DNA of 64,000 bases from an uncultured Chlamydiae bacterium (GTDB lineage Bacteria > Chlamydiota > Chlamydiia > Chlamydiales > Parachlamydiaceae). The stretch covers positions 2,144,001 to 2,208,000 of the forward strand of contig CAVWGN010000001.1 in assembly GCA_963754655.1 (NCBI GenBank). The letters run 5' to 3'. The notes beneath the pieces were generated by a model that was given only the letters and a program-made list of their open reading frames with translations, did no database searches and was not told where the DNA came from. How positions within the stretch are numbered: position 1 is the stretch's first letter; every line of letters begins with the position of its first letter. Shown in pieces: positions 1 to 9,864 of the stretch. The translations under genes were made by a program, and so were the position numbers.

Positions 1-831
1 GCAGAGACTAAAGAAGTTGCAGAAGAGCAAACGGCTTTAAAAATCAATTTAAGAAATTGGTATGCTATCACTCCCTACAATATTTTAGATCTTGAAAGAG
101 TTGAACTGCAAAAAGCGCAAAAAATTTTTAAAACGTTTTTTTTCAATCCTGCTGAATTTACCTTGGTCATTGTAGGTGATTTTGAGCCCAACGACGTCAT
201 TGTGCTCTTAGAAAAATCATTAGGTTCTTTGCCTTCTCATCCTATTAAACAATGGAATCCACCTATTCCCCCTTCATTTCCAGAAGGAGTAACAAAAAAA
301 GAATTTGTTGGCGTTACACGTTATCGAAACAGCCTCACACGTATCACTTTTCCTCTTATGCATGTAACAGACCCTCTGACCCTCGATCTTTTATGCTTTA
401 TTCTTAAAAGAGAATTAACCTGTGTAGCCGCTCCAGGTCACTTAGAGAAAATTTGTTTCCATGTGAGTTATTCGTTTCCTCTCTTTCCCTATTTGCAACC
501 TTGTTGGCTTGTCATTAAATTCTCTAGTCCCGCTCATGCTATTCAACCTTTATGTCAAGGCATTCTAAAAAAGATAGAGAAGCTTAAGCAACAAGGAATA
601 ACGGACAATGAAATCCGGTTAGCCTTTCAGGACCTAGCAGAAAAAAGAGCTGAAATTCCTAACAATGCCTACATTCTTTCTCTATTGGCTGATTTTTACC
701 GCGCTAATTGGGATATCAAGCAAATTTACACTCTGACTAAGCAAGATCAGCAGGAAAAAGAGATGATGAAAAAGATAATAGACTGCTATCCTCATCTTGA
801 TCAATATTCCATTATTTCTCTTCATCCTTAA
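1..831 (+). CDS. M16 (insulinase/PqqL-like) peptidase, C-terminal part; 5' end lies outside the window
   Basis: Frame is open from base 1; FFNPAEFTLVIVGDF...LEKSLGSLP resembles the M16 C-terminal domain motif. Confidence 0.65.
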   Translation, partial: AETKEVAEEQTALKINLRNWYAITPYNILDLERVELQKAQKIFKTFFFNPAEFTLVIVGDFEPNDVIVLLEKSLGSLPSHPIKQWNPPIPPSFPEGVTKKEFVGVTRYRNSLTRITFPLMHVTDPLTLDLLCFILKRELTCVAAPGHLEKICFHVSYSFPLFPYLQPCWLVIKFSSPAHAIQPLCQGILKKIEKLKQQGITDNEIRLAFQDLAEKRAEIPNNAYILSLLADFYRANWDIKQIYTLTKQDQQEKEMMKKIIDCYPHLDQYSIISLHP

Positions 832-840
832 AGAGTTGAT

Positions 841-1338
841 ATGCCCTCTTTATTGCCCGCTGCAATTGGCATTATTTTAAATGCTGACCAAACTGAAGTG
901 ATGCTCATCAAAAGACGTGATGTGCCTGTCTGGGTTTTACCTGGAGGTGGAATAGAAAAAAATGAAACACCTGAAGAAGCTTTAATTCGGGAAATTCAAG
1001 AAGAAACAGGTTATCAAGTGCAAATTCTACGTCAATGCGCAGAATATTCTCCTATCAATCGACTAGCAGCCTTTACTTTTCTCTTTATTTGTCAAATCCA
1101 ATCAGGTTATGTCTGTCTATCTGAAGAAACAACGGCGGTTGCCTTTTACCCCCTTAACAAACTGCCTTCTTCCTTTTTTCCTCCGCACGGACGTTGGCTC
1201 TGCGAGGCATTGTCCCAAAGAGATAGAGTGATTCGAAGACCTTTAACCGAAATATCTTATAAATCTCTTTGCCAATATTTTCTTTGCCACCCCTGGCTTG
1301 TTTTACGCTTTGCTTGGACTCGTTTTACCAAGTTCTAA
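841..1338 (+). CDS. NUDIX hydrolase
   Basis: Nudix box GGGIEKNETPEEALIREIQEETG. Confidence 0.92.
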   Translation: MPSLLPAAIGIILNADQTEVMLIKRRDVPVWVLPGGGIEKNETPEEALIREIQEETGYQVQILRQCAEYSPINRLAAFTFLFICQIQSGYVCLSEETTAVAFYPLNKLPSSFFPPHGRWLCEALSQRDRVIRRPLTEISYKSLCQYFLCHPWLVLRFAWTRFTKF

Positions 1339-1413
1339 ATTTTTTGAGCCTTCTATTTTATTTTAAGTTTATCTAATATTCAATTTTTAGATCTTAAATT
1401 TGATCGTTTCAAA

Positions 1414-1719
1414 ATGATATTCCAACCATTTATTCAATGCGTCTTCATTCGTTCTTGGTGGGTCATAGCCTTTGTTTTTGCTTGTGCCATTTTTTATGAG
1501 CAAGGATTAAAAGAACGTGACACCTTATATCAACAGCTCACTGATCAATGTCTAAGCCTTCAGAAAGAAAAGCAAGAAGCTCTGCACCATCAACAAAATT
1601 TACAACTTCAAATCAATAGCCAAAGTGACTTGGCTTGGGTAGAATTGACTTTGATGAAAGGGCTTGGCCTAGTTCCAGAAGGACAAAAAAAGGTCTATTT
1701 TTATCTAGATAATCCTTAA
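1414..1719 (+). CDS. small membrane-anchored coiled-coil protein, FtsB/DivIC-like
   Basis: N-terminal TM segment, heptad-rich coil, C-terminal ELTLMKGLGLVPEGQKKVYF similar to the septum-initiator LGLVxPGE motif. Confidence 0.55.
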   Translation: MIFQPFIQCVFIRSWWVIAFVFACAIFYEQGLKERDTLYQQLTDQCLSLQKEKQEALHHQQNLQLQINSQSDLAWVELTLMKGLGLVPEGQKKVYFYLDNP

Positions 1720-1741
1720 TAATATAATGTAGTGGGGTCTA

Positions 1742-2878
1742 CTATCTTTTTAGAGAGCGCAAACGCTCAACTATTTTGACAATAATTGCAACAGCTTGAC
1801 GGATTTCTGCTTCAGTGGTTGTACGACCCACTGAAAAACGCAGCGAGGATTGAGCTTGAGCAAGCGGAATACCCATTTCAAGCAAAATACGAGAAGGCTC
1901 TAAAGCTCCTGAAGCGCAAGCCGAACCGTGACTGGCTGAAACCCCTTCTCTATCTAAATTGATCAATAGTGTCTCTCCATCAACTCCAAGAAAAGCTAAA
2001 TTAGAGGTATTGCAAACACGTGAACCCAAACCATTGATGACGACATGATTTAAACGCGTCAGTAACTCTTGTTCGAAAAGATCGCGTAATTGACGCATAT
2101 GGTGAATCATTGATTCTTGATTTTGCTCTAAAACTGAAATCGCTTCTGCTAGTGCCACAATGCCCGGCAGATTTTCTGTTCCCGCACGTCGATTAAATTC
2201 TTGTCCTCCACCAACCAATAAAGGAAATAACTTGAGATTCTGTCGACAAATGCAAAATCCAACTCCTTTAGGAGCATGAATCTTATGTCCACTGAAAAAG
2301 AGGGCAGAAACTCCAGCGGGAAAAGAAATCTTTTCTTTTCCAAGCCAAGCAACTCCATCGACTACAAAAGGAATTCGGGCACTTTGAGCAATCGCTGCAA
2401 TCGCTTCTATATCTGTCATAACCCCTGTCTCATTATTGACTGCCATTAAGGTGATGAGGCGTGTCTGTGGAAGGATGGCTTTCTCAACATCTTCTGGAAG
2501 AACAGCTCCCCATTGCCTAGCTGGTAGAAAGGTCACTTCTGTTCCCTTTTTGCAAAATTCTTTAAGCGTGTGATAAACACAGCCATGCTCAGCTCCGGAG
2601 GAAATCACATGTTGGCTAGGATTTTGAAGCAGTAGCCCTTGAAGAAGCAAAGCTGCACCTTCTGTCCCCCCTGAAGTAAAAATAATCTCTTGCGGCTTGA
2701 CTTTAAAAAAGCGAGCGAGCTTCTGACGACTATCTTCAAGCTTGCGACGACATTGCTGTCCATGAAAATGAATACTAGAAGGATTGCCCGCTTCTTCTTG
2801 TAGTTCTTGAACTAAGACTTTTAAGACATTAGGATCCAAAGGAGTGCTGGCATTATAATCAAGATAAATTCGCTTCAT
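1742..2878 (-). CDS. iscS: cysteine desulfurase (IscS/NifS)
   Basis: IYLDYNAST, FTSGGTE, SGHKIHAPKG (PLP lysine), SHGSACASG (catalytic Cys). Confidence 0.95.
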   Translation of the reverse strand: MKRIYLDYNASTPLDPNVLKVLVQELQEEAGNPSSIHFHGQQCRRKLEDSRQKLARFFKVKPQEIIFTSGGTEGAALLLQGLLLQNPSQHVISSGAEHGCVYHTLKEFCKKGTEVTFLPARQWGAVLPEDVEKAILPQTRLITLMAVNNETGVMTDIEAIAAIAQSARIPFVVDGVAWLGKEKISFPAGVSALFFSGHKIHAPKGVGFCICRQNLKLFPLLVGGGQEFNRRAGTENLPGIVALAEAISVLEQNQESMIHHMRQLRDLFEQELLTRLNHVVINGLGSRVCNTSNLAFLGVDGETLLINLDREGVSASHGSACASGALEPSRILLEMGIPLAQAQSSLRFSVGRTTTEAEIRQAVAIIVKIVERLRSLKR

Positions 2879-3638
2879 GTTTGTCTTGAACCTTTACTAA
2901 AATGAGGGTGATATTGTCATATCCCCCTTTTTGCTTAGCCTTTTTTACAAGCAAGTTTGCAGCTTCTTCTAATATAGGATACTGTTGAAGAACTTCTTGA
3001 ATTTCTTCAAAACTAACCAAATCTGAAAGCCCATCCGTACACATCAAAAAGATATCTCCTGCTTTTAAAGCAGTATGGGCAATGGCTGGCTCAACGCTGG
3101 ATTCTGTACCAATTGCTTTAGTAATAATATTTTTGTAAAGGAACTCCTCTGCTTGCTGTTCGCTTAATTGTCCTAATTCAATTAATTCACGCAATAGAGA
3201 GTGATCTTGCGTCAGCTGCTGCAGCTTACTATCGCTAAAATGATAGATGCGACTATCTCCTACATGTCCATAAATTAATCCTTGCGAATGAAAAAATAGA
3301 CAGCATAAAGTCGTCCCCATTCCTTTTAAAGGGGGATTTTCTCTTCCCAACCGATAGATCATCAGGTTAACTTCTTGAATCAATTCTTTGATTAACCCTT
3401 CGGTTTCCGCCATTTCTTTATGAGAGGTACTCAGACGCTGCTGAAATAAAAGACAGAGTTGTTCGACTGTTTCTTTAGAAGCCACTTCTCCTGCTTGGTG
3501 ACCTCCCATACCATCTGCTAAGACGAAGAATTGTTCATTCTTCAATAGTTTGCACGAATCTTCATTATTCTGACGAATAAGTCCGATATCTGAAACACAA
3601 TAGACCGATAATTGATAAAGCATTACTTGAAAGGCCAT
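2859..3638 (-). CDS. PP2C-family Ser/Thr protein phosphatase
   Basis: RQNNED, VLADGMGG, GMGTT, HVGDSR, CTDGL, GGYDNIT motifs. Confidence 0.95.
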   Translation of the reverse strand: MAFQVMLYQLSVYCVSDIGLIRQNNEDSCKLLKNEQFFVLADGMGGHQAGEVASKETVEQLCLLFQQRLSTSHKEMAETEGLIKELIQEVNLMIYRLGRENPPLKGMGTTLCCLFFHSQGLIYGHVGDSRIYHFSDSKLQQLTQDHSLLRELIELGQLSEQQAEEFLYKNIITKAIGTESSVEPAIAHTALKAGDIFLMCTDGLSDLVSFEEIQEVLQQYPILEEAANLLVKKAKQKGGYDNITLILVKVQDKHEANLS

Positions 3639-3801
3639 AATTATGGGTAGCCATGCGAACGGCTTTAGTTAGACTATTCGCCTGATTTTATCAGGTTTTT
3701 ACCTCATTAGTCCCTTCATTTTACTAAAAAATTCTTTCTATGTGAACATTTTTGCGTCTTATCTTTGTTCTTTCTCTCAACTTTTGGGTTAAAATGCCCC
3801 T

Positions 3802-5049
3802 TTATGGCAAAGAGAGTCGCCCCATAAAAACAATCGAATCTGTTTTTTGATCCCAAATGATAAAGGTAAAAGGACGATCTGCAATAAATTCATAGGCGGA
3901 TTCAGTCTTTACTGTTTTTACTGATTTGCTCCTTCCTCTTGATGCCGTGATATCTACACCCTTTTCCTCTAATCGAATGCCAGCCTTATGAATAGCTTGA
4001 TTTAAATACACTCCTTTTTCTTCAGTTATTGCCGAAAAATCAGCCGCGGAACTAAAGACCGAGTGAAAGCCCATGGATTTTAATACAGGTTCTAAATTTA
4101 AACGCTTTTCAATGCGAAAACGAGGAAGAACCAACGTCACTTTTTGACTTTGTAGCTGGCTTTGCCATTGCCGCCAGTTTTCCCAAGTCAAATTCTTTTC
4201 CAATTCAATCAAGGGAACATTTTTTTGAGGCAAAAAAATTGCCATCGCTAATTGTGCTCCTTGATCTGCTTTCTCAAAGGGCAAAACGAGCATGTCCCAC
4301 TGCTCTCCTTTCCAAAGCAAATAATCCGCAGTATTTTGCATCATATCAACTAAAAAGGTTCGCTGAGCTGTTAAGTAAAAGGACTGTCGCTTGGTAAGAG
4401 AGGGATCAAATGGGCTAGCCCATTGTTCTTTCATCCATGCTGCCGTTGTCAACATCATCCGTGTATTCATTGTGGCATCTTGCGTTGAAACCATATTATT
4501 GATTTTTTCATTGGTCTGCTGCAAAACCCATTGATTCATCTTTTGAATCGATCGACTCAAATCATGCTGAAAATCCAACAGCTGCACAGCTGTTCTAAAA
4601 TTGCGTAACAATGTTTGCTTAAAAGAGGGTAAAATAAGCAGACTTTGGTCTATCCAAAGTGCATTGGCTAGGAAGACTTGATTCGCACTCTTGGATGTTG
4701 AGGACTTCTGTAATGACTCATTGAGATCTCCTATAAATAATAGTAAGCTAGGAGAATAGCGAAAAGCATGTTGAAACTGATGAGCAGTCTCTCCCTTGGC
4801 TCCTACAGCAGCCAAACCCAAGCCTGTGACAATACTATAAGAAGAAAAATAAAGATTGCCAGGTTGAGTTCTCAAATGCTGGTAAAGATCAAACGCAAAT
4901 CGATTATTGCCTTGCACAAGCAACTGAAAATGTTGAACTTCTGATTCACTTAAAGTAGACAAAGGCGCTTTAGTATTTTCCTCCTGCGCTCCTACTCCAC
5001 TCCAAAGCAAGCAACTCAAGCAACAGAGACAAACAGTGATCATATGCAT
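3802..5049 (-). CDS. serpin family protein with signal peptide
   Basis: NNRFAFDLY, NLYFSSYSI, LPRFRIE, C-terminal FIADRPFTFIIWDQKTDSIVFMGR. Confidence 0.9.
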   Translation of the reverse strand: MHMITVCLCCLSCLLWSGVGAQEENTKAPLSTLSESEVQHFQLLVQGNNRFAFDLYQHLRTQPGNLYFSSYSIVTGLGLAAVGAKGETAHQFQHAFRYSPSLLLFIGDLNESLQKSSTSKSANQVFLANALWIDQSLLILPSFKQTLLRNFRTAVQLLDFQHDLSRSIQKMNQWVLQQTNEKINNMVSTQDATMNTRMMLTTAAWMKEQWASPFDPSLTKRQSFYLTAQRTFLVDMMQNTADYLLWKGEQWDMLVLPFEKADQGAQLAMAIFLPQKNVPLIELEKNLTWENWRQWQSQLQSQKVTLVLPRFRIEKRLNLEPVLKSMGFHSVFSSAADFSAITEEKGVYLNQAIHKAGIRLEEKGVDITASRGRSKSVKTVKTESAYEFIADRPFTFIIWDQKTDSIVFMGRLSLP

Positions 5050-5059
5050 GATTTCTTCC

Positions 5060-5947
5060 TTACAGGTTAGGTTGTTGAAAAATCATAAAAAGACTCATCA
5101 AATTAAAAAAAGCATGCAATCCCACAGAAGCCCATAGTGAACGTTGACGTTCATAAAGATATCCCAACATGCACGATAACAGGAATAAAGAGGAAAGTAA
5201 CTCGATATTTGTCATTCCTTGTCGGCTCGAATAGTGAAAAAGAGCAAAAATAAGAGAGGAAAGGAGAATTGCACTCGTCGTATTTTGAAATTTACGCTTA
5301 AGCCAGGATTGCAAAAGTCCACGAAAGAGAACTTCTTCAGTAAAGGGAACTAACGTAATGACTGTCAACGAAGTTAATCCAAAAAGAAGAGGATCAGCCA
5401 TGGCATGCCGCAAATTTTGCACAGCGACTTGTTCAACAAATGGTTGATGAAAGACATGCCAAAGACCTAAGGATAATCCTTGACTAACAGCAAGAACAAG
5501 CGGATAGCTGACGAACCAAGCAGCAACGCCAATTCCCACATGACTATACCAAGGCGTAGCCGTTTGCTGCCAAAGCTGTTGACGTTGAGTCACTGGTAAT
5601 TCCAGGTAAGCGGCAAGAACCCCTCCAAAGCCTCCGAGTATAATGAATAAATTAAGCCATCCTTTCATTTGAAAAGTGAGGTGCAGGTTTTGAGGATTTT
5701 TTCCTGCTAAAACAAAGATAAGGCTTGCGAGGACAGGAATGAGCAGGAGTTCAATGAAAAGGAAAAATCCAAATCCTTTTAAAACATCTTTTCCTCGAAT
5801 GACAGGGAAAGGGCTAGCTTGAAAGGATTTAAACAATCCTTTACGCCAAGCAATGCCTAGCGCCAATAGAGCCACAACCAAGGCCCACAAAAAAATCATT
5901 TCTTTTTCTAGTAACTGTGTCTGTATCTCATTTGCTTCAGTCATCAT
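5060..5947 (-). CDS. CPBP (CAAX/Abi) intramembrane metalloprotease
   Basis: EEVLFRG, FALFH and HAFFN motifs; several TM helices. Confidence 0.92.
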   Translation of the reverse strand: MMTEANEIQTQLLEKEMIFLWALVVALLALGIAWRKGLFKSFQASPFPVIRGKDVLKGFGFFLFIELLLIPVLASLIFVLAGKNPQNLHLTFQMKGWLNLFIILGGFGGVLAAYLELPVTQRQQLWQQTATPWYSHVGIGVAAWFVSYPLVLAVSQGLSLGLWHVFHQPFVEQVAVQNLRHAMADPLLFGLTSLTVITLVPFTEEVLFRGLLQSWLKRKFQNTTSAILLSSLIFALFHYSSRQGMTNIELLSSLFLLSCMLGYLYERQRSLWASVGLHAFFNLMSLFMIFQQPNL

Positions 5948-6015
5948 CTTGTTCCTTCATAGACTCTAATCCATAAATCTTTTACATTTTCATTTATCTA
6001 ATTAGTTTAATAGGA

Positions 6016-7011
6016 ATGAATATGCCAGAAAAACGTCTTAATATCATCAAGGAGATATCTGAAAATTCTTTTTTCGAACAAGTGCCTTATTACAACTCTC
6101 GCAATACGCGAGCAAAAGAATTACAAGCGAAATTTGAGCGCCTTTGGCTAGTTGATTCAGAACGCTTTAATCCCTTGCGCAATTGCATGGAAAGGGAACG
6201 TTTAGAGAGAACCTGGCAATTATTGACTAAACATGTGACTCTTGCCGGCCATCTCACAATTGATATCGGTTGTGGTGCTGGAGTCTTTACGCGCCGTTTA
6301 CGTGACGCAGGAGCGCGAGTCGAAGCCGTCGATATTGCTGAAAATGCTTTAAAGAAATTTAAAGAAATAGGCGCGGACGGCATTCAACTCAAACAAGAGA
6401 CTATGCCAACAACCGATTTACCTGATAATGGATATCAAGTGATTATCTGTACGGAATTAATTGCCGAAATTCCAACCGAAGATTATCGTCTATTTTTTGC
6501 TGAACTTTCTCGTCTTATCCAACCAGATGGCCTTTTAATCTGCTCAAGCCCCATTGACATTGATAGCATAGGAGGAGTCGAAAGACTAATTGAATTAGCT
6601 CAATCGGAATTTGACATTATTGAAAATGTCGTCAGCTATCATGCCCTCTATTTGCGTTTAAAACATCTTTTGGAAGCTCCTTCTCGATTCACTAAAGGGT
6701 GGCAGGATTCCGAATATAAACGCAAAGCAATGATTGCGCGCAAAGGATTTAACCGCTTGTGGTTTTGGCTCAATACCACTCCCCTGCTCGTCTGGTTTTG
6801 GTACATTTGCAATCCTTGCACACATCCCATTCGCAAATTCCTCAAAAATAACCGCAAATGCTTATTGATGTTAGAAAAAATGTGCCATTTTCTATGGGAT
6901 CAAGATGGAATCAGTCATTATCTCTTTATTGCGAAAAGGCGACCTCTACCCTCTATTAATCTGAATGACATCCCCATTGAAAAGCCTAGGAGAAAAGAAG
7001 TTTGGGATTAG
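6016..7011 (+). CDS. class I SAM-dependent methyltransferase
   Basis: IDIGCGAG motif I, AVDIA motif II. Confidence 0.85.
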   Translation: MNMPEKRLNIIKEISENSFFEQVPYYNSRNTRAKELQAKFERLWLVDSERFNPLRNCMERERLERTWQLLTKHVTLAGHLTIDIGCGAGVFTRRLRDAGARVEAVDIAENALKKFKEIGADGIQLKQETMPTTDLPDNGYQVIICTELIAEIPTEDYRLFFAELSRLIQPDGLLICSSPIDIDSIGGVERLIELAQSEFDIIENVVSYHALYLRLKHLLEAPSRFTKGWQDSEYKRKAMIARKGFNRLWFWLNTTPLLVWFWYICNPCTHPIRKFLKNNRKCLLMLEKMCHFLWDQDGISHYLFIAKRRPLPSINLNDIPIEKPRRKEVWD

Positions 7012-7042
7012 GAAGATTTGATTATTTTCTTTTGATTAAAGA

Positions 7043-7138
7043 ACCGGAGATTATCTCAAGGCATAAACATCATCCTTAAGGCTGCTACATTCCTGTCCTG
7101 ACCTGGTTCGAACTGTTTTATTCCATGAGGTCCCCGGT
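7043..7138 (-). ncRNA. ffs: signal recognition particle 4.5S RNA
   Basis: Minus strand reads ...CCAGGTCAGGACAGGAATGTAGCAGCC..., the SRP helix-8 core with GGAA loop; the ends ACCGG/CCGGT pair to close a long hairpin. Confidence 0.9.
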
Positions 7139-7209
7139 AAAATATTTGCGACGGATGAACTCTTATGCTATAACAATAACAACTTCTTAAAATAAACTCA
7201 AATGTCTTT

Positions 7210-8295
7210 ATGCAAAAAGCAATTTTTATTGCCGCAACGGGGCAGAATGTAGGTAAGACAACTCTCTGCTTAGGAATTTTGGCAGCTTTGCACAAGCGTT
7301 TTTCCAAAGTAGGTTTTATTAAACCTGTTGGTCAACAGCATGTTAAAGTGATGGATAATCTCAATGTCGATAAAGACGTCATCCTTTTTAAAGAATACTT
7401 TGGACTGCAATCTCACTATGCAGACATGAGCCCCGTCATCCTTCCTTCCGGCTTTACTCGTGATTTTTTAGATCAAAAAGTGCAAGTGAGCTCAATTGAA
7501 GAGGCAATTAAGAAAGCGTTTGCCAAAATTTCCCAGCATCATGATTTTACTATTGTTGAAGGAACAGGGCATATTGGGGTGGGTTCCATTATTCAAATGA
7601 ATAATGCCAAAGTCGCAGCCCTCTTAGGATTGGAAGTCATCATCATTGCGTGTGGCGGATTAGGATCTTCTTATGATGAACTCGCGTTAAATATTACAAT
7701 GTGCCAAGCTTATGGTGTTAAGGTGCGTGGCATCATTTTAAATCGCGTCTTAGAAGATAAACGCACTATGATTGAAAAATACTTTCCCAAAGCTCTAAAT
7801 GATTGGAATATTCCTCTGATTGGCTGTGTGCCCTATAATGCCTTTTTAAACGCTCCCACTCTCAAAGATTTTGAAATTCTCTTTCAAACGCAACTCATTG
7901 CGGGAAAAAAACATCCTTATTGTCATTTTCAACATCCACGCCTTGTTGCTGGCTCATTAGAGGCTTATCAAGAAGAAACCAATCCCAATGAACTCATTAT
8001 TACGCCTGCGAGTCGAGAAGACATTATTTTGGCTACTTTAAAACGGCAGCAGCAATCCCATCAAAAACAGCCTGTTTATGGCATCATTTTGACTGGAAGG
8101 CAACCTCCGAGCTCTTTCATTATTGATCAAATCAAGAAAATTGATCTACCAGCGCTATATGCCCCAGTTTGCAGTTATGATGCCATGAAAATGATTACTT
8201 CATTTACAGCTAAAATTCGCGGAGAAGATTTGCCTAAAATTGAACAAGCTATTCAACTCGTGGAACAAAATCTCAACTTTGACATTCTTCTTTAA
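7210..8295 (+). CDS. BioD-like P-loop plus DRTGG-like domain protein (stand-alone Pta N-terminal region)
   Basis: ATGQNVGKTT, GFIKPVG, IVEGTG, GIILNRV; C-terminal LIITPASREDI; no PTA catalytic domain. Confidence 0.8.
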   Translation: MQKAIFIAATGQNVGKTTLCLGILAALHKRFSKVGFIKPVGQQHVKVMDNLNVDKDVILFKEYFGLQSHYADMSPVILPSGFTRDFLDQKVQVSSIEEAIKKAFAKISQHHDFTIVEGTGHIGVGSIIQMNNAKVAALLGLEVIIIACGGLGSSYDELALNITMCQAYGVKVRGIILNRVLEDKRTMIEKYFPKALNDWNIPLIGCVPYNAFLNAPTLKDFEILFQTQLIAGKKHPYCHFQHPRLVAGSLEAYQEETNPNELIITPASREDIILATLKRQQQSHQKQPVYGIILTGRQPPSSFIIDQIKKIDLPALYAPVCSYDAMKMITSFTAKIRGEDLPKIEQAIQLVEQNLNFDILL

Positions 8296-8305
8296 GAGAC
8301 AACAC

Positions 8306-8941
8306 CTATTCTTGCTTTTGCTCCCACTGTCTAAACTCAACTTCTATCTGTGCCAAGCGTTTGCGCAATGCTTGTTCAGCCTGAATCCCCTGTTTCGCCA
8401 TTTCTTGCACAAGCTGCCAAAGTTTTTCTCCAGCTTGCTCTTCGGGGGAAAAAGAGTCTTTACTTTTTTGGGAAACAAAGTGTTTGTTCACAAGCTTTTT
8501 AATCATTTTTTGCGCCCTTGCAAGCGCTGGCAAATCCTTGGGAATCCCATCCAAAGCGCTCTTTCGTTCCTCTTTTTTTTCAATTTGCTTGATTTCATCC
8601 CATTGTCTTAAAACCTCTTGAGATGTCTTCAATTTGACTTCTCCAAAAATATGCGGATGCCGTCGCACTAATTTTGCTACGACATGCGTTAAGGCATCTT
8701 GAAGAGTAAAACGCCCTTCTTTTTGCGCAAGTAAACAAAGAAAAACAGCCACGAATAAAAGATCTCCCAATTCCTCTTCAATTTGGCGGTTATCATCCAA
8801 ATCAATGGCTTCAATGACTTCATAGGTTTCCTCAACTAATGAGTGGCGTATGGAGTGTAAAGTTTGTTCCCGGTCCCATGGACAACCGTCAGGTGCAAGC
8901 AATCGCTCAAGAATCTCAATTAATGAATTAAATTCATCCAT
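8306..8941 (-). CDS. mazG: nucleoside triphosphate pyrophosphohydrolase MazG
   Basis: GCPWDREQT, EETYEVIEAI, EELGDLL, KLVRRHPHIFG. Confidence 0.95.
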   Translation of the reverse strand: MDEFNSLIEILERLLAPDGCPWDREQTLHSIRHSLVEETYEVIEAIDLDDNRQIEEELGDLLFVAVFLCLLAQKEGRFTLQDALTHVVAKLVRRHPHIFGEVKLKTSQEVLRQWDEIKQIEKKEERKSALDGIPKDLPALARAQKMIKKLVNKHFVSQKSKDSFSPEEQAGEKLWQLVQEMAKQGIQAEQALRKRLAQIEVEFRQWEQKQE

Positions 8942-8997
8942 AATGTCTCCTATTAAAAGATAAGATGAAAAAGTAGAAATCGATTATTATCCTCTAT

Positions 8998-9587
8998 CTG
9001 AAGTTTTGCAAAATTAATTAATTCAAGTGGAGACAGTCTCAAAGCGTTCATTATATCTGAATTTTGGCATGGTTCAATTGAAGGTAACTTGTTTATGCCG
9101 TCCTTTCAGGACTCGATATCTTTTTGATAGAACCCAGGCCTCCGCTTCGCTGCGACCTGGGCTGTAACATGATGGCCCTTCAGGCCTTAACAAGAGATGT
9201 TTAAGTCCCTCTTCTATAGTCCCTAAATCATCTTTTTGTTAAGGCCTAAAGGGCCGTCCTTTCAGGACTCGATATCTTTTTGATAGAACCCAGGCCTCCG
9301 CTTTGCTGCGACCTGGGCTGTAACATGACGGCCCTTCAGGCCTTAACAAGAGATGTTTAAGTCCCTCTTCTATGGTCCCTAAATCATCTTTTTGTTAAGG
9401 CCTGAAGGGCCGTCATGTTACAGCCCAGGTCGCAGCGAAGCGGAGGCTGGGTTCTATCAAAAAGATATCGAGTCCTGAAAGGACGGCATAAACAAGTTAC
9501 CTTCAATTGAACCATGCCAAAATTCAGATATAATGAACGCTCTAAGACCTGTCTCCACTTGAATTAATTAATTTTGCAAAACTTCCG
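8998..9587. mobile_element. non-coding palindromic MITE/BIME-like element, family A copy 1
   Basis: Long terminal inverted repeats (CTGAAGTTTTGCAAAATTAATT...AATTAATTTTGCAAAACTTCCG), three internal REP-like units, flanked by CTCTAT direct repeats at 8992-8997 and 9588-9593. Confidence 0.85.
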
Positions 9588-9691
9588 CTCTATATTTTGA
9601 AAATGGTGAGATTTCTAACATGAAGAAAGAATTTACAGCAAGTTTTTATCTTATTGATAGTTAGAGAGTTTTAATTATCGAGGTTTAAGGA

Positions 9692-9746
9692 CTAATTTTT
9701 GTTGGGGTTTAAGGGGCTTTGTCCCTTAAACCCCAACAAAAATTAG
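9692..9746. repeat. perfect inverted repeat (hairpin)
   Basis: CTAATTTTTGTTGGGGTTTAAGGG-gctttgt-CCCTTAAACCCCAACAAAAATTAG; downstream of the last array gene, may act as a terminator. Confidence 0.75.
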
Positions 9747-9864
9747 CATTTTGCAAACCGGCTGCTAGCTCATCTCTTAGCTTGATGCGCATGAGCCCGA
9801 AGTGGAAGCAGTCTATTTTTTTATATTTTTTGAGGGGTGGGAAAAAAGCTTCAAAAATTGAATG

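Noticed and set aside
7056..7307. 83-aa minus-strand ORF
   Set aside because: Overlaps the SRP RNA and the start of the 7210 gene on the opposite strand
8240..8611. 123-aa plus-strand ORF
   Set aside because: Antisense to mazG, no recognisable motif
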